Source: Lingula anatina
Lineage: Eukaryota > Animalia > Brachiopoda
Reading direction: 5' to 3'
Assembly (NCBI GenBank): GCA_051362555.1
Contig: CM120648.1
Span: 163,721 to 227,720 of the forward strand
DNA length: 64,000 bases
The translations under genes were made by a program, and so were the position numbers. The notes under the pieces were generated by a model that was not told the origin of the DNA, did no database searches, and worked only from the letters and a program-made list of their open reading frames with translations. The first letter of the stretch is position 1. Every line of letters starts with the position of its first letter. Positions 1 through 14,226 of this stretch are shown in pieces.

Positions 1-163
1 TTGTTATGAGTTAATTATAAGCATTTTTCTTGACCTTCTCACATTTAGTGGTATACTTTTAAAGCAAGCATGGATGCCTTATGACACACTTTAACTAGTT
101 TCTTATTTGACTAAAATCAAGTCAACATGCAAAGGGATAAACCAAATTAATCTTTTGTTCAGC

Positions 164-164
<1 letters not shown>

Positions 165-214
<50 letters not shown>
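165..214. repeat. Poly-A run (50 nt)
   Basis: Homopolymer seen directly. Confidence 0.95.
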
Positions 215-216
<2 letters not shown>

Positions 217-1059
217 TTTAAACTGCATCTTCTCAAACTCCTGGTTGTAAATTGATCTATCTAATTATATGAGTCCTCTCCAGTTGGTAAAAGTCCACCA
301 AACTGACATTATAGTAATGTATAAGGCATGACTGCTGCATCCGCAATTAGACCAAGGCACAGAAAGCAAGAAGAAAATATCCACTTAGGGGGGACTATGA
401 AATGGCACCCTTTGGTAGTTTTTAAAGTTCTGCTATTAATGAAACTGTTATTATATTGGTGACATTTGGTGGGATTGCGTGAGAAAAATTTGACATCAAA
501 TACATCATCAAGTACTATTATAATAATAATCATAGCCTCTCATTGTGAAATTTCCCCATCTCACAAAACCTGACGTAATCTGCTTTGACATAACTTTTAA
601 AAATCAGGAACTTCTCAGACCCTCTTTCCAGATGTTTTTCAAAGACACAACTCACCTGAAACTATCTAGGTACAACTTCTTTGTGATCAGATTACACCTT
701 TGTCACACTACTGTAGTCACATTGACTTTTCTCTTTTCTTTTTTCAGCATACATATGAATGCAACATTCCTTTATTCTTTCCTATCTTAATTCCTATATT
801 CTATTGCACCACAACGCTGCAATAATTTATCAACACCCCCGCCTACACAAAAATCCCTTCTGCATGTTTCCTAAGTGAGGGCATTATAGGCATTACCATG
901 ACAACCCTGATGTTTCTGTGGAAAGGTCATTATGGGATAACCAGTTTCTTTTGTGATGAATTAATTGATCCCTTTTTATTACATTTTGTTATGCTCTCAG
1001 CTAGAATACTCTCTGGTGTATGTTGTGGTGAGGTGGCCTTATCAAGAAAGTGCTATCAG

Positions 1060-1187
1060 GGCTCCGTATCTCGAAAGGTTCGCTATGTTGCGCACGCGCA
1101 TTAGTGTCTCGATTCCATAACTGATTCTATTTCGAGATACGGGGCCATGGAATCGAGGTGCATTTGCACCTTTCGAGATACGGAGCC
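1060..1187. mobile_element. 128-bp MITE, PIF/Harbinger-like
   Basis: Perfect 20-bp TIRs (ggctccgtatctcgaaaggt / acctttcgagatacggagcc) flanked by a 3-bp direct repeat CAG (1057-1059, 1188-1190). A third partial TIR copy lies inside (~1130-1146). Confidence 0.8.
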
Positions 1188-2993
1188 CAGGTTGGCTATT
1201 GACTACATGTAAAGTACTGAGGGAAAACAAGATGTATACTGACCATTTGAACTGATTTCTTTCTTTTTCATACATAAAGATACATGTCATGATTTTCATT
1301 ACAAGTATAATGGTCTAATCCATTTAACTCCTAAAATCTCATTTTGACTTTGGTTGGCAAAAAAAAAGTTATTTTAACTGGAAAAATACCCATTATCTAC
1401 TGAATGTGGCACTGCATGATTTAATATTAATGAATATCATTCCACAGAGAGACCTTGGGGCATTTGTCACATCCAGGGGGTTTCTATTACATACTAGTTG
1501 GACTAGTCCTAATAAAACCTGTAATTACCCTATGGAGAAAAGAGGGGTATTGTTTTTCATAAGCCTCTTGTAGCAATCAAGACCAGGTTAACTGGCTGTA
1601 TCAAACACCTGGGCTCTATACAGGTGACTCTTCAGCAATAGCCAGGTTACCTAGCTGTCAATCTCTGGAATCTGAGGCAAAGAGACTATTAATTCCCGGG
1701 ATAAATTTTCGGCCAAAATTTGAAGAAGGTGCAGCTGACAACTCTTTTATGGCTGATCCAGTGTTGAATCCAGTTTACACCTTGGCATGTTGCTTTATTT
1801 GAATCATGTAAGAAATTAGTAGAAGTGGTTTATTTGTGTTACTGGGAACCCACTCTCTACTGACACTCGATTCAAAGGTACTGGTACATGTACCTTCATA
1901 ACAAAAACATGCTCAAAATGTGCTGCCCAAATTCAGAAAGTCTAGCAATTAAATAAACTTAAAATTATTCTTACTGGTATACTTAAAACTACATGTACTT
2001 GTCAGTATTGGTAACTGCTTCTATATAAAATAACTTGTAATGACTCTTGTATCCCAAATGGAGAAGTTTTTTTCTACAGGTACTGAGTATGTGCTTTCTA
2101 TTTTCAAAAATTTTGCAAATCACATTAGTTCTATTTGTCTATTTGTTATCTATACATCACACATCTTTTAAAACTATTTTCTTCAAATCTTCCCCTGCTA
2201 ATTATAAGTCCTACTCTCTAACCAGAGGTCAGTTGGTGATGTTGTTATTTTTTTCATTTTTTCACCTTTTTTCTTTTCTTTCTTGTGCAAAATTTCTAGC
2301 ACAACCAATACAGACATGTGCAGAGCATTAGCCAGAGAAATACCAGTGAACATCATGTGCACGTAAAACTCTCCCTGTGGCCCTGTTAAACAGAGTATCT
2401 AAATCTTACTTGTTTTCTCCAGGTCCAGTGATTTGGCCATAGCTATGACCAACTAAGTCCACCGTTGACGAGATAGTTGGCAGCTCTGTCTTTTTCATAC
2501 TTTTTGACATCATTTTGCTTCAAAATGTCCAGTGACACACACGGCTCATATATGCTGCATCCAATGTCAAGGTACCCCCGGAGAGCTTAGAGACTTGACA
2601 GTACAGGTATAATACAATAACATACAGGTAGCAGCCTGGAGGAGTTCACAATGAGCATGTACAATGCTAGATTATGCAACTGTGACTCAAACTAGTAATT
2701 GTACACCTGCTACCATGTTCCACCATAAACTGTTTCTCCTTAGCTACCAGAAACAGCACTTTTCCCACAAAATTCTAAGTAAAATCTCAGTAGAAGTGCA
2801 AAGAAAAATGTGCAAATCATTCCTTTCTACCCGACAGTATTGTCAGCTTTGACTTCTTCAAACATATCACGATTACCGATCTGCTATGGTCAATAGATTC
2901 TGAAAGTGGGCATTTTATTTGGGGGAGAGGGAGGGGGAGGGAGGGGAGGGGGCAGAAATTAATATGCTTGAACTTCTCACCTAGATGGCTTAC

Positions 2994-3397
2994 TGTATAA
3001 TAGGTAAACCCTGTTCCTACTCTAATTAATTCTAAATAAACTGTAAGTTTCCTTATGTGACTGTGTAATATAATTGGTTGTTCTCTGAATACTTCTACTT
3101 TAACTCTTGTAACTACTAAGGACGCGCACATCTCTTGACATCTAATCTTATATCACATGACCTGTCACTATATAAAAACTGTGCGTGCCAATTTCGAGCA
3201 CTGAGACGGTGGTAGGGCTGAGACTTGTGGCTTGTGTTGTCTCAGATTACAGACACCTTCTAGTTTATTCTCCGTTTCAGTCTTTTACAACTCCCTCTAG
3301 GACACTGGGGGTTTTGTTTTATACTATTTTACTGGTATGGAAGTCAAAATAAACTTTGAACCAGCCACCCGAGTTGAGTTAATCATTCCCGTTAACA
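2994..3397 (+). mobile_element. Solo LTR (404 bp)
   Basis: Starts TGT and ends ACA, with an identical 5-bp TSD CTTAC at 2989-2993 and 3398-3402. Internal TATATAAA (~3169) and AATAAA (~3348) occur in LTR-like order. Confidence 0.8.
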
Positions 3398-3610
3398 CTT
3401 ACTTGTGGGTTTATCAATTCATTTATCTCTTACTATTTTTTCCTCTATCTTCATTTATCTCATGATCTGCTTTTGAATGTATCCCTAATTTGTAGAACTC
3501 CTGTAAACTACATCCCAGTTATTTATACTTCTTCTGGTAAACTAAAGGATCTAGCTGACTCCTGTAGGCTGTAGCTTGTATGACCTTTATTTACTATTAC
3601 TGAGCTTGTA

Positions 3611-3826
3611 TATACAATACAATACAATACAATACAATATACAAGACAATATACAATAGAATACAATACAATACACAATATACAATATAATACAAATGGA
3701 TATATACAGTAGTTAAAACCCGTATTTATGTTTTGTCCTCAAATAAATAGTAACAAATATAATAATAATAATAACAATAATGATAATAATAATAATAAAT
3801 AAATAAATAAATAAATATAAATAAAT
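3611..3826. repeat. (ATACA)n and (ATA/ATAA)n simple repeats
   Basis: Seen directly. Confidence 0.9.
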
Positions 3827-3834
3827 TACGATAA

Positions 3835-5260
3835 ACTAGAGGATCAGAGAGGCAATACCGCCTCCGGATATTGTACCACCAGCTGGAGTAAGCGCATTCG
3901 TATGGACCCCCCACCCAAAAAAAGGGTCTCCACCACCAGTCTTGTGCTTGACAAGCTCTATAAAATGCAATCAACAAGAATTCTCAAAATATGCAAAAAA
4001 AAAAAAAAAAAAAAAAAAATATGGTACAATCAAAGTTCAGTTCATCGTAAAAAGTAGGTCAAGGGTCATAGTAAATTGCCTCTAATGACTTTCTATTCCA
4101 GGTCAATAGTAACTATGGACCTATCTCTGCCAGTTTTGGAGAGAAAAGGGAACAAAATTTGCAAAGTTCAATTCATGGTTAAAAGTAGGTCAAAGGTCAA
4201 TTTCAAGGTCACATTTAGATTGCCAGTATATGACTTTCTACTCAAGTTCAATAGTAACTATGGACCTATCTCTGCCAGTTTTGGAGATAAAAGGGAACCA
4301 AAATTTGCAAAGTTCAATTCATGGTGAAAAGTAGGTCAAAGGTCAATTTCAAGGTCACATTTACATTGCCAGTATGTGACTTCCTATTCAACTTTAATAG
4401 TAACTATAGACCTATCTCTGCCAGTTTTGGAGATATAAGGGACTAAATGTTATAATTTTCACAACCACAATGTACTTTTTGATACAGCATAACTCGAAAA
4501 CTTTATGGAATACGAAAAAACGGAGACCATCAGCAGTGTTAGGCTTTACATGCTCTACAAAATGCAAAAAAGAACGGGTCTCTAGCATTAATGGTTCCCG
4601 AATTATAGGCAGTTTTCAGTTGTGGTATCTTATGGTCGCTACTCCGGTGAAAATGCACTGATTGACCCCGAATTCACGGAGATGAAAGATGACCCAAAGG
4701 GGAACACTTTCCAATAATATTATTGGTTAAGTCTGTGTAGTGTCTGAATAACAGCAAAAATTATTTTTTTTTTGTAAAAAAATTCGTTTTTTTGAAAATT
4801 TTGGCCCGTTTGACCTTGAAACAAAGGTCAAAGGTCAAATCCAAGGGCATATTTGAAATCTCCACATATGACTTTCGGTCAGTCGTCTGTAGAAATTTTT
4901 CCCATAATTCCTACCGTAGGGTAGATAATTGGTATTGAATTTTCAAAAATTTTGACAAAGGTGCAATTCAACGAGTGTCACGCCCAGGTCAATGCACCGA
5001 CTGAGACAAAAAAACTTGGGGGTTCAAGTTGAGGTTATATGTGACCTAAATCCAAGAGATGGAGACAGGGGTCCTTGCGGTCTAGGAGGAGAAGCGGTAA
5101 CGGTGACTTGTATCCGGCGCCAGTACGCGGAGCCGGCGGAGCAAACGGAGCCGGCGGAGCAAACGGAGCCGGCGGAGCCGCAGGAGCCGGCGGAGCCGGA
5201 CGAGACGGGTCGGGACTAAAACCATGAGTACCGCCAGCGTACACGCTGGTGGTACTAATA
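3835..5260 (+). mobile_element. Non-autonomous Helentron/HINE-like element with internal tandem repeats
   Basis: Subterminal inverted pair gtaccaccagc (3873-3883) / gctggtggtac (5245-5255) and a 3' stem-loop at 5227-5256. Inside are three 131-146-bp AGGTCA-rich repeats (4031-4444) and a GC-rich 9/18-bp minisatellite (5129-5200). Flanks are AT-rich. Confidence 0.6.
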
Positions 5261-6089
5261 AGTAAAAAAAAAAAATAATGAAATACATGTCATAATAATC
5301 TAAAAAATTATAAATAAATAAGTAAAATTTAAAAAAAAGAATAAAATATCTGTCATCATAATCTAAAAAATTACTTTCTTTTAGAGTAAATAAAATTACG
5401 GCCAGTTACTAAAATAAATATGCCAAACTAATCATAAGCAACGTTACTTGAACAAGCAATGTTATATATCTTAAAATTCAAAAAGATGGAAGTTCCAGAA
5501 AAGAGGTTCTAAAACTGACATTGCCAGAACCAATAACATCCCAAACGAATGTCACTCCTCGTCCCTCCCCTTCTCCCCGCCAAAACTAGGATCAAGATTT
5601 ACCTTACCTATTCAGGTTGCTGTTGACCACTCATGCTTAAAACTTGAAACGTAAACACAACCGGTTACATGTGCGAGGAGACAACACGCTTTTTGCCTCG
5701 TGACACATTGAACAACGGCGTTTAATGTGTGTTACATAAATTATATAAGTTGGGTGTGTATAAAAAATTTGGTTTATGAAAATAGACATATTTTTGGTAA
5801 TTATTATTTTTCATGTCATGTTTCTCTTTTGAGCAAATTTTTGTTGCGGTGTGCTATGCGGTGACCTTGTTTTTGACCCAGTGTTTTTGACCGGTGTTTG
5901 ATTTTCACATTTATCTTCATATTTTGAGTTCATCATTTGAAAAGACATTTTTATTAACAAACATTTCCTAAAAGGTCAAAATCGTAAATCCTGAATGCAA
6001 TATTATAGCCCAAAAGAAATAAATTGACAAGAAAGTCTTTAAAGATATGGAGTTGGTTTCCTCTTGAGAAGCATTCAGTGCGGGACTGC

Positions 6090-6125
6090 CGGGGGTATAA
6101 AGCTGTCTGCACTTCCTGTTGACTT
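6090..6125 (+). promoter_or_regulatory. Putative C1orf50 core promoter
   Basis: TATAAA (~6096) and ETS-like CACTTCCTGT (~6110) lie <100 bp upstream of the ATG in a locally CpG-richer patch. Confidence 0.4.
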
Positions 6126-6191
6126 CATTTCTTCTGTTGACATTGTGAAGTAGAAGCGTCTGCTACAATTTTGTTTTTCTGCACTGCGGCA

Positions 6192-8599
<2,408 letters not shown>

Positions 8600-11500
8600 C
8601 TGTCAGTGGGAAGTGTTTATTACTGATATAATTATCGTCCTTTTAATGGCCTCTTATTGATGGCTTCTTGCTGATTTTTGGCCTCTTACTGATTTTTTAT
8701 CAGGAAATCAGTTTTTATTATTCAGAATCAGGCAAATGATGGAGAGGATGAAGATTATCTTACAACTGATATTTTTATTGACCATTATTTTTATTTTTAT
8801 TATTTTATTGACCGTTATTGAGGTCAAGAAGTGAAAAAATCCAACAAGTGGATTTGCCCATTGAATTATGCATTTATTATACCAGCATCAGTATCTCAGC
8901 AAGAAGAGTAAAGATTATTTTTTCCTCATCATCATTGGGGGTGTTTTTCATACACAGCTAGTTTTACTGTTTGGTGATGGCAGAAAATCAACTGTGTGAC
9001 ATGTACCTGTAAGTGGAGTTAAATATTAAAGTGGTAATGTAAATGGAATGGATGAACAGATTAAAATAAATATTAAGCAGTAGAGCCATGTAATTATGAA
9101 AGGTAATTAATGACTCTGATGGATATCCAGAAATTATTTTAAATTTTTACCCTTAAAGCAGGTGCTTAACTTATATTTTAATGTGTCCCATCTTAACTTT
9201 CTTATAGTTTTTGTTCAATTTATTTTTTAAATGTGGATCAGTTTACCAATTATGACTGTACATGATTATGCCGTAATTGCACTTGTCTATAAGAAAATTG
9301 GGTGAAAACTCAAGTTGTATATGGATCACTTTTACCAAATAATTAAATTATTGTTAACTTGAACCATCAAACCTCGTCTTGTAAAAATAAAACAGATATG
9401 TTAGTTTAATTTCTCTTTTTCTAAGAAACAGTTATTTAAATTGGTTGAGAGAAAGTAAAGAAATTGACCTTTAAGTTATTTCTAGCTTAACTGAGCCCAA
9501 ATAACTCCCCGAAGTTAAAGATTGTCTTTATAACAATGAAATAACATTTGACAAATTGACCAAGTAATTGTGTTGAAAAAAACTTACATACTGACAATTA
9601 ACATCTCATATGGCTTAGATAATACTTAAATTATACACAGTTATTTTACAATTAAAGCTTTCTCATTCTGACAAGATGCTATATCACAAAGTGTTGAAAT
9701 TAAAATCACAGTACTTGAAACCAGACACCATTCAGTGGGTACCAGATAACATTCTTAGTGTTCTTATGCATGGTAGTATATCCCATTGCCACTGTTTAAA
9801 ATGAGGTAAACAGTTAACATAATCAAATATAAAAAAATCACAGATTAACAGTACCATTACTGTAACAATCAAATCTATAACAAGCTAATAACAAGAACAT
9901 AACCATGCACAACAAATAAGATACAAATGATTAAAGCGTACCTAACATTGTCAAAGAAATATTACGTTAATTTTATCATTAATAACATTCTACACAGAAA
10001 CCACTGTTACAGAAATATGGCTAGATAAATGCTGAGTGACAGTTCTGATTAGAATAAGCTTTTAAAAATATTCTCAAAAATTGCATATTTCATTAATGTC
10101 TAATTTATAGTAAGAAGAGAAGTAAACATATTTGTACAAGTTACAACTTCAAAACTACTGTAAACATGCTAAAATAATATTTTAAACCGTGTCTTGAGGT
10201 ACAACAATAAAAATGTTAATCATTTCTAAAGAGATAAAACATGTCTACCTTCAAGGCATGGTATTAAGGCCCTTCCTCAAAAGATCTCTATTGCAAGAAT
10301 GACCAGTCTGTGTGAGCTGGTTAATAATTTATTACTCTTACAGCTTTGCCTAAACTTATCTTACAAAACAGTACATGCAGGAAAAGACTGATCAAGTGTG
10401 ATCATTATCTGCTCAGAGCAACCTTTACATCAACAGAAGATGAAAATGTCAACTACACGGACTAACACAGAGGATATATAAACAACCAGTATATGTATGT
10501 ATACAAACTACTGATAGGTATGGCAACTGACAGCAGCAGAGAGGTTAGCACTGAGTAAAGGCAGAATGGAAGCCCAGGATATTGGGCCTGGATTGGTAAG
10601 ACACAGGTCAGGTATTCAGCTAAATTACACATGGTAATCTAATCCAGAACCTAGCCAGAAGACCAAGGAAAAAATCTAGTACAAATGTCTGGCCAATCTT
10701 ATTCCATGAAGCACATACAGAAAACAGCAGCAACTTAAACAGTAAATAAGTTCATATAAACCTATATTACTCGAGCCTGTGAAGAAGCCTTCAGACTCTG
10801 GCCACTCATCGTAAAAAGATTCAAGGAAGCGTCTAGTGATGAAGTGCATATATTAGAACAAGGAGCCACGGAAAGACACTGAAAATGGATGCTTTTAGTC
10901 AAAAATCAAGTAATGACAACACAAGACCTGCACAGGGGATCACAGAGGGTAAAAGAAGGGTACTAGTACATCAACAAGCACCAGCCACCTGAACCTGGCA
11001 AAGGTACCCCAGTACATGTACAAAGAGACTGATTATTAAGCTACAACTGGAGACAGGTGGAGACAAGAGCTCAGGACAAGGACATATGGAGGGATCTTGT
11101 AGATGGTTTATACTCCACTGGGGTGTAATATAGAGTAATAAGCTCAATCTAAATGTTTTATTTATCAAAATATGTCATTTAACTCTTGAAATATTCAATT
11201 AAATTTCTATTTATACAAAACTTCAAGTTCAAAATTACTCTTAACATCTTTGTTTAAAATTTACAAATATTTTAAACCACTAATATAGAAAATAACTTAT
11301 TATAACAATAAAGCTTGCAATAAGAATCTATACTGCAACATATTAACAATATTTGTAAAATCTAAAAATTTTAAGACCAACTCCTGATATGAAACACTTT
11401 TGCTGCCAAAACTGCACACAGAGATCATTTGTCTTGTCTCTGCCATCACAGCTCAACACCATATATAGTTACCAGATGTGATGGGAAAGTACCTCAATCA

Positions 11501-11752
11501 AAATGTATTCCTTCCAGGAGTTTGTTCTCAATGTTCCTTTATGTTAAAATTGATCTCAAATTGCCCTGAATAGACACTGCTGCATCTAGTAACTGTTCAA
11601 AGGGTTACTGTTTTAAATAAATATTTATAATAAAATAATTGTAATATAATGGACGTATAGTTTTACCCACAGAAATGTAAGTATTGTTTAGTCAATATGA
11701 TAGTACCTATAATGAAGTGATATCTTTGTCTTGCTCTTTATTTCCATGTTTT

Positions 11753-14195
11753 TCAGTGTTGAATGTTCACATTATCATAATCTGGTTTGGAATTTCCATT
11801 TTCCTCAGCAGAATTAACTGAGCCAGATGGTTTACCTGTTATCACATAATTTTCTCCATCAAAAACAACACTTGGTGCATTATCCATTTCAAGTTTGTCA
11901 ACTATTACTCCTTCATTGTTTTCTTCTGTCCCAGAAAACCCACCATTATCCTGACCTTCACCCTTCAAGGTCACAGCTACAGCGCTGCCCTCCTTTGAGT
12001 TTTTACCCGCAGTGTGCTGCACTTCAACATCTGCAAAGTTAGGGTTATCATGACCTTCACCTGCATCAGAGGTCAAGGTCATGTCTTTCAATTCATTGCA
12101 CTTAACTCCACTAACGCTCACAGGAGCACCGCTGTCATTTATAGTGGACACAACAACAGGCTTACCATCAATTTCATCCGACACAACATTGACTAAGTCT
12201 GTGTCTTTCTCTTCTTGAAGGCGGTTTGCCTTCTTCCTCTTTCTCAACCTTCCACCATACACATCAATTTTATTTGGTCTTGTCCTACCAAAACAATACA
12301 CAAGCAGACCAAATGTAATAAACATTGATAAGCTCGGTACAAAAGCGATTGCCTTAATACCCAGGTGATAACCATAGTATCGAGAATTCATGAACGAGTC
12401 ACCGGCGAGGTACGTCTGATTGGTGGACAGGTCAGTGTTGTTAGACCTCCATTCATAGGTCAGTTGAGTGGCGTTAAAATTGGCCAGCTGATCAAGGTTG
12501 CGGACGGTGTAAACATGACCAGAGGGGTCAGTGTACTGACCATAGTCAGCAGGAAGGTAAAATATTTGGTTCTTCCACATGTTCAGATCTAGTAACATGA
12601 CAATGAAGAGAATACCATAGTTGAACCATTTCCCTGTAAAAGACAACAGCAATAAAAATCACTGCACATGTTCCACTACTGAGTACTGAGTATGCATAAC
12701 AGTTTTCAAAATCTCTTGATTGGCAATTCAGTTTTAAACAAATTGGGAACTCCATGGGGACTCTTGCTGAATGCAATCAGATAAACAGATTAACATGCCT
12801 CCACTTGCTTCCAACATACTGATATAATCACCAGTTTTACTGTATTCTACTCAACATCAGGATAAGGCATAAGCCTCCACTTGTTTCCAACATACTGATA
12901 TAATCACCAGTTTTACTGTATTCTAATCAACATCAGGATAAGGCATAAGCCTCCACTTGTTTCCAACATACTGATATAATCACCAGTTTTACTGTATTCT
13001 ACTCAACATCAGGATAAGGCATAAGCCTCCACTTGTTTCCAACATACTGATATAATCACCAGTTTTACTGTATTCTAATCAACATCAGGATAAGGCATAA
13101 GCCTCCACTTGTTTCCAACATACTGATATAATCACCAGTTTTACTGTATTCTACTCAACATCAGGATAAGGCATAAGCCTCCACTTGTTTCCAACATACT
13201 GATATAATCACCAGTTTTACTGTATTCTACTCAACATCAGGATAAGGCATAAGCCTCCACTTGTTTCCAACATACTGATATAATCACCAGTTTTACTGTA
13301 TTCTAATCAACATCAGGATAAGGCATAAGCCTCCACTTGTTTCCAACATACTGATATAATCACCAGTTTTACTGTATTCTACTCAACATCAGGATAAGGC
13401 ATAAGCCTCCACTTGTTTCCAACATACTGATATAATCACCAGTTTTACTGTATTCTAATCAACAGGAGGAGGCTAGTTAATCTGATTGCATTCAGCAAAT
13501 GTTATTGCAAAGTTGGATCAATATACATAGAACGAGAGTTAAATTGCGAAAAAGCTCTTACACGCAGTCATGCTATACAGATTAGGGCATGTAAATGGCC
13601 AGTCAGAGGCCTAAAATGCTACAAAAGGTGCAACTATTTAAAGCCACATACTAGTATTATACAGCACATAAAACAAACTTTTAATATCCTGTGAACTAAT
13701 TGCTTCTTCCATATATACTGTACCTGTTATGTGGACAGTCCAACTCTCTTTAAGTTCATTCAGACATTTCGGTATCTCAAACTTGATGTGAGCAGTGTTG
13801 AGGCCTGGGAGCTTGATGTCAAAGTTGTTGATAAAGTGGGGAAAATCCCAATCCTAAATTTAGTTAGTAAAATGGAAATTGGATCTTTGCATATATTTTT
13901 TAATTTATAATTACTGTTTTTATTTCTAGTGACTTGAGTTCAAGTGTTGATATCTTGTACAATCATCAATATACAATGACAAATTAAACAAATAAATGGT
14001 GTTAGGACATCAAACAAACAACAGAGTTTGTGAGAGAGAAAATACAATACATTGGCATTTTATTGTATTAAAATACAGTGATTAATCATTAAGTTTTTTC
14101 TTTCTTTTTTAATTTAATAGTATCCGTAAAAAGATCCTTTGAAAGTTTTGAAAAATATATTTTTTTTTGTGGATTATTGAGAATGGTGTATTTGC

Positions 14196-14226
<31 letters not shown>

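Noticed and set aside
4992-5288. ORFs with EPA, PAP and RLR repeats
   Set aside because: They are translations of a GC-rich minisatellite inside a repeat element; several frames are open for that reason alone.
12797-13464. CRISPR-like array
   Set aside because: Units are contiguous and near-identical with no unique spacers, lie in a eukaryotic intron, and there are no cas genes.
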